A DNA stretch of 64,000 bases from a virus. Position 1 is the first letter of the stretch. Each line of letters opens with the position of its first letter. Below are positions 1 to 9,803 of the stretch, piece by piece. The stretch covers positions 1 through 64,000 of the IMG/VR virus record IMGVR_UViG_3300037042_003896. One strand, 5' to 3'. A program made the position numbers and the translations under genes. The notes under the pieces are model-generated. The model was not told the DNA's origin. It saw only the letters and a program-made list of their open reading frames with translations, and ran no database searches.

Positions 1-615
1 GATGTTAATACAGAAGCAAAAGCTTATTTTTTAGGATTACTTTCGGCAGATGGTAATTTAAGTAAGTCTCAAAATTCAGTTAGGATATCATTACATGAAA
101 AAGATAGAGAGATATTAGAGTGTTTTCGAAAACATCTTCAATATACTAAACCTTTAAAGTTTATAATAAAAAGTAAAGTAGATTGGAATAGAAGTAATCA
201 ATATTTATTACAAATAAGTTCAAGAATTTTTAGAAAAAGTTTAGAAAAAAATGGACTTACACCAAATAAATCTTTCACGTTAGCTTATCCTATAACAATT
301 CCTTTACAATATTCACACGATTATATACGTGGATATTTTGATGGAGATGGATGTATATCAGTAAGAAAAAACAATATTGCTGAAGTTTCAATAGCAGGAA
401 GCGAAATGTTTTGTAATAGTTTAATTCCTATATTACAAGAATTTAAAATTTCTGTACGAGTATGTAAACATTCTACTGCGAATTGTTTTTATGCAAGAAT
501 AAAGGGAGGATTAAACGTTGAAAAATTCTATAAGTTTTTATATGAAAATTCTAACATTTATTTACTTCGTAAAAAAAATATATTTGATAAATGGATAACT
601 GAAAGAAAAACTTAA
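1..615 (+). CDS. Double-motif LAGLIDADG homing endonuclease (5' end outside window)
   Basis: Frame +1 is open from base 1: AYFLGLLSADG...DYIRGYFDGDGCI...LLRKK. The track ORF 406..615 is only its C-terminus. Confidence 0.88.
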   Translation, partial: DVNTEAKAYFLGLLSADGNLSKSQNSVRISLHEKDREILECFRKHLQYTKPLKFIIKSKVDWNRSNQYLLQISSRIFRKSLEKNGLTPNKSFTLAYPITIPLQYSHDYIRGYFDGDGCISVRKNNIAEVSIAGSEMFCNSLIPILQEFKISVRVCKHSTANCFYARIKGGLNVEKFYKFLYENSNIYLLRKKNIFDKWITERKT

Positions 616-621
616 AATAAA

Positions 622-1626
622 ATGATAACAGGAGAAAAAAGAGTTAAACTTACACCACAATCTGTTCTTCAAAGAATCAGTGAATATGATATATTCAGAT
701 TTTATATGAAAGATTGTGATTGGAAAATAAATAATGCAACATATTCTCCATTTCGTGATGAAAATAATCCATCCTTTATGATAGGAAATAGAAGCGGTAA
801 TTTATCTTTCATAGATTTTGCTGACACTTCTAAAAGAGGAGATTGTTTCACATTTGTTAAACTTTTGTTTGATCTATCATCAATGGACGAAGTATTAAAA
901 CTCATTGATAGAGATTTTGGATTAGGGATAACACCAGGCACTAATACTAATGAATATAAAAAGATTATTGCCGAATATAAACAACCTGAAGAAGCAGGTA
1001 AAAGATATTCTGTTATCCAAGTCATAACAAGAAAGTTTACAAATGAAGAACTTGCTTATTGGAATGAATATTACCAAGATATTCAAGATCTTCGAGACAA
1101 TAATGTCTATTCAATTTTTAAACTTTATTTCAATAAACAATTATTTCCTTTAAAGGATACAGATCTTAGATTTGGTTATCTATATGATGGTCATTGGAAG
1201 ATATATCGTCCTTTCCTTGAAAAGAAAAGTAAGTGGGTTCCTAATAATGTTCCTATTACAGCAATGGATGGTAAAGATAATATTGTTAATTGTGGTACAG
1301 CATTTATTAATAAAAGCAAAAAGGATTATATGGTAATGAAGAAAATATTTCCATGTTCCTGTGCTGTACAAAATGAAGGAGTGGCATGTTTCTCTCACGA
1401 GAATATTGAATATCTTAAAGCAAATTCTGATCGTCAGATATTATCATTTGATTCTGATATAACAGGAGTTGCTAACTCTCAACAAATCACAAAACTTTTT
1501 GAATTTGATTATTGTAATGTCCCAAGAAAATATCTTTCCGAGGATATCAAAGATTGGGCAGACCTTGCAAGAATTCATGGAATGAAAGTAATAGAAGATT
1601 ATTTAAAACAAAAACAAATATTATGA
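622..1626 (+). CDS. DNA primase, crAss-type (TOPRIM)
   Basis: SPFRDENNPSF degenerate Zn-ribbon region, DFA...GDCF, INKSKKD, QNEG, FDSD..G, KDWAD. Confidence 0.85.
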   Translation: MITGEKRVKLTPQSVLQRISEYDIFRFYMKDCDWKINNATYSPFRDENNPSFMIGNRSGNLSFIDFADTSKRGDCFTFVKLLFDLSSMDEVLKLIDRDFGLGITPGTNTNEYKKIIAEYKQPEEAGKRYSVIQVITRKFTNEELAYWNEYYQDIQDLRDNNVYSIFKLYFNKQLFPLKDTDLRFGYLYDGHWKIYRPFLEKKSKWVPNNVPITAMDGKDNIVNCGTAFINKSKKDYMVMKKIFPCSCAVQNEGVACFSHENIEYLKANSDRQILSFDSDITGVANSQQITKLFEFDYCNVPRKYLSEDIKDWADLARIHGMKVIEDYLKQKQIL

Positions 1627-1871
1627 AAATACATACATTAGTTATGACCATACGAGATGTGGAATTGAAGGTAGAATATGATTATCTTCCTGCTATTCCT
1701 GCTGTAGAATATTTTGATAATGGTGATCCTGGACATCCTGGAACATCAGAAGATGTAGGGATATATTCTGTAAAATTACAAGGAATTGAAATTGTACAAC
1801 TTATCAAATCAGAAATATTTGAAGAAATAGAAAAAGAATGTGTAATATTTAACAATGATAAAAATGGATGA
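1623..1871 (+). CDS. Hypothetical phage protein
   Basis: ATG overlaps the primase stop; acidic protein with VEYDY..GDPGHPG. Confidence 0.6.
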   Translation: MKIHTLVMTIRDVELKVEYDYLPAIPAVEYFDNGDPGHPGTSEDVGIYSVKLQGIEIVQLIKSEIFEEIEKECVIFNNDKNG

Positions 1872-2055
1872 TGTGATATTTAAAAAAGGAGATGATGTTT
1901 CTGTAGCTATGGGAGGAGATCGTAAAGATGCAGTTGTAATAACTGATACTGTGGGAGATAAGACTATAGTGGAAATAGAATACATTGATGTTCTTGAAAA
2001 GAAAAAAAGCACACTTATAATGAGACTTAAAAACAACTTAATTAATAAAAAATAA
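1864..2055 (+). CDS. Small hypothetical protein (KOW/SH3-like)
   Basis: FKKGDDVSV start; tightly packed between neighbours. Confidence 0.5.
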   Translation: MDDVIFKKGDDVSVAMGGDRKDAVVITDTVGDKTIVEIEYIDVLEKKKSTLIMRLKNNLINKK

Positions 2056-2056
2056 C

Positions 2057-2857
2057 ATGAACTTATCAACTTATGCAATTTCAAAGGACGCTTTAATTGC
2101 TGTCCCAACACCTGCTGATACAAGAACTTATAAAGCTGTATCACATGAAAAATTAATGGATCTAACTCTTGAAGGAATTCATCATTCTGGATTTATTTTA
2201 GACAAAGAAACTTATTCTGCAGCTAGATATGGAAATGTTGCTAATGGTAAATACACCATAAAAAATGTAGCAGATTCTGAAATGCAAATTCAAATTGGTT
2301 GGCAAAACTCTCTTGATAAATCTATCAGTCTTAAATGGGCTATGGGTGTGCATATCTTTATTTGTTCCAATGGAGCAATTAGTGGAGATATGGGAGCATT
2401 TAAAAAGAAACATGTAGGAGAAGTACAATCTTTTACTCCTCAAGCTATTTCTGAATACATTAAAACAGCAGGAGATATCTTTCTAAGTCTGCAAACAGAA
2501 AGAGAAGCTATGAAACAAATAGCACTTACAAAACGTGTTACAGCAGAAATTATCGGTAGAATGTATATTGAGGAACAATTTATTGAATCCACACAACTAA
2601 ACATTATCAAACGAGAATTAGATCATCCTACTCATGATTATGGTGCTTCTAATAGTCTTTGGGAACTTTATCAATTTGCAACATATTCAATGAAAGACGT
2701 ACACCCTACATTGTGGATGCAAAATCACATTGATGCTCATAAGTTCTTTGTTAATGAAGCAGGATTTCTTAAAGAACTTCCTAAAACATTAATTATACCT
2801 GAATTATTTGTTCCAATGAATCAATTAGATCTTTTTGAAAACGTAGCACAATTTTAA
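2057..2857 (+). CDS. DUF932/DUF945-family phage protein
   Basis: QNSLDKSISL..G..IFICSNG motif; SLWELYQ. Confidence 0.75.
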   Translation: MNLSTYAISKDALIAVPTPADTRTYKAVSHEKLMDLTLEGIHHSGFILDKETYSAARYGNVANGKYTIKNVADSEMQIQIGWQNSLDKSISLKWAMGVHIFICSNGAISGDMGAFKKKHVGEVQSFTPQAISEYIKTAGDIFLSLQTEREAMKQIALTKRVTAEIIGRMYIEEQFIESTQLNIIKRELDHPTHDYGASNSLWELYQFATYSMKDVHPTLWMQNHIDAHKFFVNEAGFLKELPKTLIIPELFVPMNQLDLFENVAQF

Positions 2858-2858
2858 T

Positions 2859-3569
2859 ATGAATTGGGAAAACTTTAAAGAATTCTTTCATGAAAGTTGG
2901 CATTCTAAAGTGAGACCCTTTATAGAAAGTTCTGAATGCGATGAAATTTATGCATTTTTAAAGAAGGAGTCAAAGAGGGGCAAATCTATAGCCCCTCTTT
3001 CTTCTAACGTCTATAGATGTTTCCTTGAGACACCATATGATGAATTGAAAGTTGTGTTAATGGGCACATCCCCATACCACACTTTTAAAGGAGGAATGCC
3101 TATAGCAGATGGACTTTTTATGGGGTGCAGTATTACAGAACAATTACAACCTTCATTAGAACAATTTTATGGTGGTATTGAAAGAGATGCTTACGATGGA
3201 CTTAGTTTAAGTATGATTAAAGATCCAGATGTAAGTTATTTAGCTCACCAGGGAGTGTTATTATTGAATGCTGCTCTCACTACAGAAATTAATAAAGCAG
3301 GATCTCATTTAACATTATGGGAACCATTTATTAAATATCTATTCGAACATGTTTTTGATATAACAGGAGTTCCTGTTGTATTTTTAGGAAAAGAAGTTGC
3401 TAAATATCAAAAATATGTTACACCCTTCACTTGGAGTTTTGCAATAAGTCATCCAAGTAGTGCTTCCTATAAGAATTCAGAATGGGACTCTGAAGGAACA
3501 TTTACAGCAATAAACAAAATACTAAACGATAATAATAATTTTGAAATTAACTGGTTAAAAACTGAATAA
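2859..3569 (+). CDS. ung: Family-1 uracil-DNA glycosylase-like protein with an atypical active site
   Basis: KVVLMGTSPYH (canonical GQDPYH), QGVLLLNAALT, GSH...WEPF, HPSSAS. Confidence 0.85.
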   Translation: MNWENFKEFFHESWHSKVRPFIESSECDEIYAFLKKESKRGKSIAPLSSNVYRCFLETPYDELKVVLMGTSPYHTFKGGMPIADGLFMGCSITEQLQPSLEQFYGGIERDAYDGLSLSMIKDPDVSYLAHQGVLLLNAALTTEINKAGSHLTLWEPFIKYLFEHVFDITGVPVVFLGKEVAKYQKYVTPFTWSFAISHPSSASYKNSEWDSEGTFTAINKILNDNNNFEINWLKTE

Positions 3570-3571
3570 TT

Positions 3572-3889
3572 ATGGAAATACACATAAAAGATTTACAAGT
3601 AGGAGATGAAGTATTAGTTCCTAGTAATGGAAACTTTATCTATGCACGAATTCTTAGAGAACCTCAAATAGCTAAAACAAATGATTGGCAAGGAAATCCT
3701 CGTTATAAAGCTATAAAAGGAAGTACACGAAGAGAAAAAAAAACATTTTCAAGAACGTGTGGCGCCAACAATGCAATTCACACATGGAAAAAAGATGTAT
3801 ATATTGTTACACCAGATGATCATAATATAGATAAATATTTTGATCTTAATTATAAATCAGTTTGGTTAGTGAAAGGAGAACCTAGATAA
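3572..3889 (+). CDS. Hypothetical protein
   Basis: ORF packed in operon; DLQVGDEV KOW-like start. Confidence 0.6.
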   Translation: MEIHIKDLQVGDEVLVPSNGNFIYARILREPQIAKTNDWQGNPRYKAIKGSTRREKKTFSRTCGANNAIHTWKKDVYIVTPDDHNIDKYFDLNYKSVWLVKGEPR

Positions 3890-4221
3890 TGGATAATGTT
3901 ATATCAGATGTTAGTGGAGAATTAAAAACAGGTGACCTAATAATACTTTCTACAGGATATTCTCTTGATATTGGGTTTTATTTAGGTAGAGGTAAAACAG
4001 GTACAATGCAATATTATAATCTTTGGGCATTACGGAATTGGTTAAACAAACATAAAAGTAACCCAGAATATAAACCAACGAAACCTTGGAAATCTTATAT
4101 TAATTCGCCTGATGCATATAGAATTGTAAAATTTCATCCTGATTGTATAGAGTCTCCAGAGTATCTCACCTTATACAATGAAGCAATCGAAGCACTTAAA
4201 CTCTTAAAATTAAAATCATGA
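3889..4221 (+). CDS. Hypothetical protein
   Basis: Start and stop overlap neighbouring genes. Confidence 0.6.
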   Translation: MDNVISDVSGELKTGDLIILSTGYSLDIGFYLGRGKTGTMQYYNLWALRNWLNKHKSNPEYKPTKPWKSYINSPDAYRIVKFHPDCIESPEYLTLYNEAIEALKLLKLKS

Positions 4222-4580
4222 TCTTAGAAAAACAGAAAGAAGCACAAATTCTTACAGAAGGAAATTCTACCGAATCAATTGGCATGTCATTAGACTTAGA
4301 TTCTGCACAAATTTTAATGCAGATGTTAAGTAAGAATCTTTATTCTGATGCTATAGGCTCTACCGTTCGAGAACTTGCAAGTAATGCACTTGATAGTCAC
4401 AGGAGAGCAAATATAGACAAACCAATAATTGTTTCCTTTAAAATTACTAAAGATAATAATTATGAATTTACAGTTGAAGATTTTGGAGCAGGATTAGACC
4501 ATAATGATGTTGTGGGGATTATTAGTAAATATGGAAAATCTACTAAACGAAATAGTACCACAGAATTAGGAATGATGGGT
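4218..4580 (+). CDS. rIIA: rIIA-like GHKL/Hsp90-type ATPase, exon 1
   Basis: LYSD..STVRELASNALDSH, EDFGAG, STKR...GMMG; joins exon 2 in frame. Confidence 0.85.
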
Positions 4581-4654
4581 CAATCCTAGGCCCCCTACAA
4601 AAGTAATTTTGTATGAAAATTGCATGAATTTTTGGAAATCTAAATTAAATTCTG

Positions 4655-4662
4655 TAACTTTG
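4655..4662 (+). promoter_or_regulatory. Bacteroidota -7 promoter box inside intron 1
   Basis: TAACTTTG upstream of the endonuclease ATG. Confidence 0.55.
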
Positions 4663-4683
4663 TGTCCTAAACATAATATTCTT

Positions 4684-5445
4684 ATGGGATACAAGTATAA
4701 AATTGATCACAATTATTTTAAAAAAATAGATAGTGAATATAAAGCCTATATTTTAGGATTTATATATGCAGATGGTTGTATATCACAACCAGTAGGAAAT
4801 AGACAATTAAATTTTAGAATAGGGGTTCAAGAAGAAGACTCTTATATATTAAACAAATTATCTATTGATGCTGCTGGTGGACAAATCAACACTGTAAAAA
4901 CACCTTCTAGTATAAGTAGAGGTTATAAACCTCAAGTTTGTGTAAATGTTAGTTCTAATATTTTAGGACAAGATTTAATAGATTTAGGATGTGGTATTAA
5001 AAAAAGTAGAAACGGAATGAATTTTCCAAATATTTCTACAGAAATGATATCTCATTTTATTAGAGGATTTATGGATGGAGATGATAGTATTATAATTAAA
5101 CCTTTAGGGTATAAATATAAACGAAAAACTACACGTTCTATATCAAATTCTCATATTCAACAATATAAATTAAAAGTGGCTTTCTGTTCTACAGATAAAC
5201 AATTTTTAGAAAAAATTATTGAATATTTACCTATTAAAAAGTCTTATATAGCTGAAAGAATAAGAACACAAATAGTATATATTTTATGGATAGAAAATAG
5301 TCAAGATGTTCAAGACTGTTTAAACTATCTATACAAAGATGCTACTTATTTCTTAAAAAGAAAACGTGAAAAATTTGAAGAATTTAACAAGACAATCAAA
5401 AGCCAAGCCAAAGATACATCTTTGGAAGGTTTAGAGACTACCTGA
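4684..5445 (+). CDS. Intron-encoded LAGLIDADG homing endonuclease
   Basis: YILGFIYADG and FIRGFMDGDD; start chosen downstream of the TAACTTTG box. Confidence 0.88.
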   Translation: MGYKYKIDHNYFKKIDSEYKAYILGFIYADGCISQPVGNRQLNFRIGVQEEDSYILNKLSIDAAGGQINTVKTPSSISRGYKPQVCVNVSSNILGQDLIDLGCGIKKSRNGMNFPNISTEMISHFIRGFMDGDDSIIIKPLGYKYKRKTTRSISNSHIQQYKLKVAFCSTDKQFLEKIIEYLPIKKSYIAERIRTQIVYILWIENSQDVQDCLNYLYKDATYFLKRKREKFEEFNKTIKSQAKDTSLEGLETT

Positions 5446-5570
5446 GCAATATAGTTTGCTTAATAACAGGAAGTAGTATGGGTTAGTAACCATATGAAAA
5501 AGCGTGTAACCTCCTTATGGGAGGATGATATAGTCCGACACTCTAAGAAATTAGAGATTAACAGAATCCG

Positions 5571-7526
5571 CTAGGATTTAAATCCCCTCTTTCATATTGT
5601 TCAGCATTCTATTTTGTTGCTCGAAAGGGTAATGTAGAACGTAAGTATATGATGTATGAAGGAGAAGAAGTTAATACTATTGATCTTCTTTACGAAATGC
5701 CAACTAATGAATCTGATGGCGTAAAGGTAATTGTTCCTGTAAAATGGAGTGATAGAAACATTTTCAAAAACAAAATTAATGAGCAATTGGCATATTTTGA
5801 AAGTGTATATTTTGATGTAAATGTTGCAGGAAATGTTATGGAAAATAATTTCTCTATCCTTCGTAGTGAAAATTTCCAAATTTCAAAAATATCTACAGAT
5901 CTGAATTTACACATTTGTCTTGATAATGTCTATTATCCTCTTGATTTTAATAAATTAGGAATTGAAAGAATTAATCTTCCTTTTGGAATGAGATTTTCAC
6001 TTACCGATGGTTTATTTCCAACTCCTAATCGTGAATCAATTCGTTATACACAAGAAGCAAAAGCAATAATTCTTGATAAAATCAAGATTGTAGCAAATTA
6101 TTTTGCAAATAAATATAACGAAACAATTCATGATACAAAGGATATACATGCCGTCTTTAAATATTATAGTCATAAAGATAAACAATTGATATTTAATAAT
6201 AATACATATTCAATTAGGGAACTTTTAAACTATACTTCTATACCAATAACTTTACCTAAACTTATTGGTGTAGACTTATTAGACCTTTATAAACTCTATA
6301 AGACTAAATCATGTTTAACGAATGAATATTCTGTTAAATATACTTTATCATATGGACGAATGAAAGAATTTAAACATTCTCGTGAGGTTAGTCTTATATA
6401 TGATAAAGGACAAGCATTTGTATTTAATGATAGAATAGGTAGTGTTAAAAAAGAATATTTAAAAACTATTCTTCAACATAGTATTTATTATTATTTTATT
6501 AAACATGTAACATCTTACACTTTATATTCTAAACTACCTTTAATTCAAAGTGATGATTGTTATTATTCAATATTAAATCTGGCAAATCATCCTAAAAGTG
6601 AATGGAGACAAAGAATTAAAGAATTCCAATATGTACAATCTTTGATTGTTGGAGATTATATAGATCTTGATGCAATGGATATTCCTAAAAATTGGTTAGA
6701 TGCTAGAAAAGTTAAAGCTGTAACTGTTGGTGGAAATGTTGGAAGAGCACCTAAACTTCAAGGAGAAATTATTGGTAAGGAAGCTTCTCGATTAGAAAGA
6801 TATGTTGATGGTAAAACTTGTAAATTTGTTCCAACCACTTATAAATTGGAAAAATTAATAACTCAACCACAACTTATGATCTATGCATCTCATGCAGAAA
6901 ATGATAAATTAGACAAACTTTATAATTTATCACATGTACAGAAATTAAAACTTGTTACATTTTCTGATAGAGAAATTACAGCATTATCTAAAGCAACTAT
7001 TCATAATTTAATGCCAATAACTACATTCATGAAAGGAGAAAATAAACCATTTAAAAGGTTAGTAACTGCATATCTTATTAGTATACTTGGTAAGACCTAT
7101 CGTAACACCTTTAATAAAACTAATAGGATTAAAGAAATATCTGAAGAACTTGGAGCAAAACTTGAAACATTAACAAACTATTATAATAAAAATTTTAGAA
7201 ATGTTAATGATAATGAGATATATGAAGCAATGTTAGAAATAGCAAAAGAAAACAATCTTTATGATATGACTATATATTCTACTTATGTCGAAGTGAAAAG
7301 GGTATTAGATAAATTAGAGTTTATTGAACCAATAGCACAGAATTTAAATAGTTATACGCGCAATGATCATACTGATAAATTAATTAATGCGTTGCGTGAT
7401 CTTTTTAAATATCATAAATATAGAATTGATTCTAAGCATTACAACCTTAAATTAAATGATGAAGTTTCTTTAGAAAATGAAGAATTAACTGAAGAAACTG
7501 TTGACGAATTAATAAATAATGACTAA
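5571..7526 (+). CDS. rIIA: rIIA-like protein, exon 2 (spliced product about 772 aa)
   Basis: LGFKSPLSY runs in frame into the track ORF at 5649; PTPNRESIRY motif. Confidence 0.85.
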   Translation, partial: LGFKSPLSYCSAFYFVARKGNVERKYMMYEGEEVNTIDLLYEMPTNESDGVKVIVPVKWSDRNIFKNKINEQLAYFESVYFDVNVAGNVMENNFSILRSENFQISKISTDLNLHICLDNVYYPLDFNKLGIERINLPFGMRFSLTDGLFPTPNRESIRYTQEAKAIILDKIKIVANYFANKYNETIHDTKDIHAVFKYYSHKDKQLIFNNNTYSIRELLNYTSIPITLPKLIGVDLLDLYKLYKTKSCLTNEYSVKYTLSYGRMKEFKHSREVSLIYDKGQAFVFNDRIGSVKKEYLKTILQHSIYYYFIKHVTSYTLYSKLPLIQSDDCYYSILNLANHPKSEWRQRIKEFQYVQSLIVGDYIDLDAMDIPKNWLDARKVKAVTVGGNVGRAPKLQGEIIGKEASRLERYVDGKTCKFVPTTYKLEKLITQPQLMIYASHAENDKLDKLYNLSHVQKLKLVTFSDREITALSKATIHNLMPITTFMKGENKPFKRLVTAYLISILGKTYRNTFNKTNRIKEISEELGAKLETLTNYYNKNFRNVNDNEIYEAMLEIAKENNLYDMTIYSTYVEVKRVLDKLEFIEPIAQNLNSYTRNDHTDKLINALRDLFKYHKYRIDSKHYNLKLNDEVSLENEELTEETVDELINND

Positions 7527-7532
7527 CTTTAC

Positions 7533-7566
7533 GGGAGGGGAGAAAATCTCCTCTCCCTTTATTTTA
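7533..7566 (+). terminator. Intrinsic terminator-like hairpin
   Basis: GGGAGGGGAGA-loop-TCTCCTCTCCC followed by a T-rich run. Confidence 0.6.
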
Positions 7567-7591
7567 ATAAACAATCAAAAACAAAAACAAC

Positions 7592-8627
7592 ATGGGTTTA
7601 TTTTCATTAAATTGGTTTAAGACCAAACAAGTAGATGAATTATCACTACTTAAAATTGAAGAACAACGGATTAAAAACGAGCTCCTTCGTAAAGAGCTAA
7701 CTCCTACATCAACAACTGCAGGAACAATTAACGTTAACTATGTAGATGATTCTGTAAAATACAAACCTTATAAGTTTGTAAAACTTGTAAATTCTGTATT
7801 GACTATTGTATTAGAAGATGGGTCCATTCTTAGCAAACCTAATGCTACAGAACTTGATTTTCTTACTGCACGAGGTGCTTCTTCAGAACATGAACTTATT
7901 AACATTATTTCTGATAAAACATCTTCAGATGTTAAAACAAAAGAAGAAAAATCAGCGAGTAAAACTCACGCAATTATTAAAGGATTTCAAATCCTATCTA
8001 AATTAGATGATTTTGAAGTTAAAGAAGGTAGCATTTATTTAAAAGGAATAAATAGAACTCTTCCTCCTTTGTTAGTTGAAAAGTTTGGACAGATTGCTTA
8101 TCAATATCTTAATGGAAATCCAGAACTTGCTAAATGGGGAAAAGATTTGCAACAAGATGAAGAATATATTGGTTTGAAAAGATTCTTTATGTGGTGTTGC
8201 TTGAATCCTCGTGCAGAAGTTGCAGATAAACTTTATGATTTCCTTGATAGGAATGAAATGAAGATTACCAAACAGGGATTTTTCATTGCGTTAAGGAATG
8301 TTGTAACAACAGATAGTTCTGATCCAGAACTTGTAGATGCTATTACTAATGCCTATAATAAAATTAAGGCTGTATGGAAGAAAAAACCTTCAGAATTTTG
8401 GTTAATTGAAAATGAAGGAGAATATTTCATTGAGAAAAATCAACAAGGACACCATTCTGGTAATATTATAGGTAATCTTCAAGATCTTTATTTAGATCTT
8501 CCTAATATGAAAGGAAATAAATATACTGATGATTGGACTCATACATTTGATATTCGAATTGGTCAGGTAGTTAGTATGCCTATGAAGGATTGTAATTGGA
8601 GCACACAAGATTGCGCTGCTGCTGGGT
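7592..8627 (+). CDS. rIIB: rIIB-like protein, exon 1
   Basis: LNP..EVADKLYDFL...ITKQGFFIALRNV, YTD.WT...IGQVVSMP..C....DCAAAG; follows rIIA. Confidence 0.8.
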
Positions 8628-8738
8628 TAGTAATGTAGCCCCCTCACACAGTAATGTGTGAATGAAAATTGAGCAAAAACGGTGAAACCCTTTTGTTAAA
8701 TAATTGTTAAATTATTTAAACATTGTTGTAAGTATGGT

Positions 8739-8756
8739 TATATTTGTTTATCTTTG
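8739..8756 (+). promoter_or_regulatory. Tandem -7 boxes inside intron 2
   Basis: TATATTTG and TATCTTTG. Confidence 0.55.
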
Positions 8757-8771
8757 TATAAAATTAAGATT

Positions 8772-9659
8772 ATGATATACAATATAGACAAAGAAACTAA
8801 ACAACAAGAATATTTAAAAGCTTGTGAATTAAGTAAGATGGGATTTACACAAAAAGAAATAATAGAAAATACATTATTTCCTACATGGAGAGTTTTAGAA
8901 TTTTATATGACAACAAACAATCTAAAACTTCCATTTCTTAATGTGCGTAGAACTCATCAAAGTGATAATACCTTTTTTGAAAAATTAGATTCCTTTAAAA
9001 GTTCTTATTTATTAGGTATAGTTTATGCAGATGGTTGTATTTATAATAATCATAGATTTGGATTTTGTTTAGCAAAACAAGACGAAGAATTAATTGATTA
9101 TATTAGAGATAATATCTGTCCAACTGCTATTAAAAAAGAAATACAGAATACAAAGGGAGCTAAAAATAGACAACCTCAAATTCAACTAAGAATAACTAAT
9201 CATAGATTAGTTAAAATACTTAAGGAAACTTGGGGAGTTAGAGAAAGAAAAACACTTAATGCTGGACTTATATTTCCAAATATAGAAAAAAGATATTTAT
9301 GGAATTTTATTTTAGGATTAACTGATGGAGACGGAAATATATATTTTAAAAAATATATAAAGAAGGATTACAAAAGTTTTAGAATTACCATTTGTCTTAC
9401 TGATTTACCATTCTTATTAAAACTTCAAGAATTTCTTATATCAGAAGGAGTTAATATTAGTTTATATACTAGACAAGGGAAAACTTGTAAGTATTATTTA
9501 TTACAAACTACTAGTAACAAATCTGCTGTAAAATTTTGTGAGAAAATATATGAGAATTGTGAATTTTTTCTAAAAAGAAAATATGAGAAATATTACAAGT
9601 TTATAAATATGGGCAATACCGTGCTAAACACAGAAATTAACAAATCTGTGTCAGTGTAA
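8772..9659 (+). CDS. Intron-encoded LAGLIDADG homing endonuclease
   Basis: YLLGIVYADG and FILGLTDGDG. Confidence 0.88.
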   Translation: MIYNIDKETKQQEYLKACELSKMGFTQKEIIENTLFPTWRVLEFYMTTNNLKLPFLNVRRTHQSDNTFFEKLDSFKSSYLLGIVYADGCIYNNHRFGFCLAKQDEELIDYIRDNICPTAIKKEIQNTKGAKNRQPQIQLRITNHRLVKILKETWGVRERKTLNAGLIFPNIEKRYLWNFILGLTDGDGNIYFKKYIKKDYKSFRITICLTDLPFLLKLQEFLISEGVNISLYTRQGKTCKYYLLQTTSNKSAVKFCEKIYENCEFFLKRKYEKYYKFINMGNTVLNTEINKSVSV

Positions 9660-9803
9660 CGCATAGATAGTGAACCTCTTAATTGAGAATATAATCTATC
9701 CACGAGTGCTCGACAACCTATTTAGGTTGAAAATATATGCTGAACTTACACAATAATAAAGTGTAAGAGGTAGAGGATAAAAAGCCTCTACGGTAACAAA
9801 TTG

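Larger units (their letters stand above)
4581..5570 (+). mobile_element. Group I intron in the rIIA-like gene (990 nt)
   Basis: P1: GGGU(4577-80) pairs with GCCC(4590-93). P10: AATCCTAG pairs with exon-2 CTAGGATT. P7: GACTA(5436-40) pairs with TAGTC(5531-35). Terminal G5570. Splicing restores GMMG|LGFKS. Confidence 0.92.
8628..9803 (+). mobile_element. Group I intron in the rIIB-like gene (1176 nt)
   Basis: P1: GGGU(8624-27) pairs with GCCC(8638-41). P10: AATGTA pairs with exon-2 TACATT. P7: GCATA(9661-65) pairs with TATGC(9736-40). Terminal G9803. Splicing restores CAAAGLHFAG. Confidence 0.9.

Noticed and set aside
1-621. First LAGLIDADG as part of an intron in the primase gene
   Set aside because: The primase starts 6 nt after its stop, leaving no room for a ribozyme core. 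The upstream context is outside the window.
4587-8638. TAG stop-codon reassignment, which occurs in some crAss-like phages, suggested by TAG ends at 4589 and 8638
   Set aside because: Both TAGs lie inside introns, and genes up to 14 kb are intact in the standard code.
4581-9803. Inteins or pseudogenes explaining the split rIIA and rIIB genes
   Set aside because: In-frame stops, no intein terminal residues, and complete group I pairings with in-frame exon joining.
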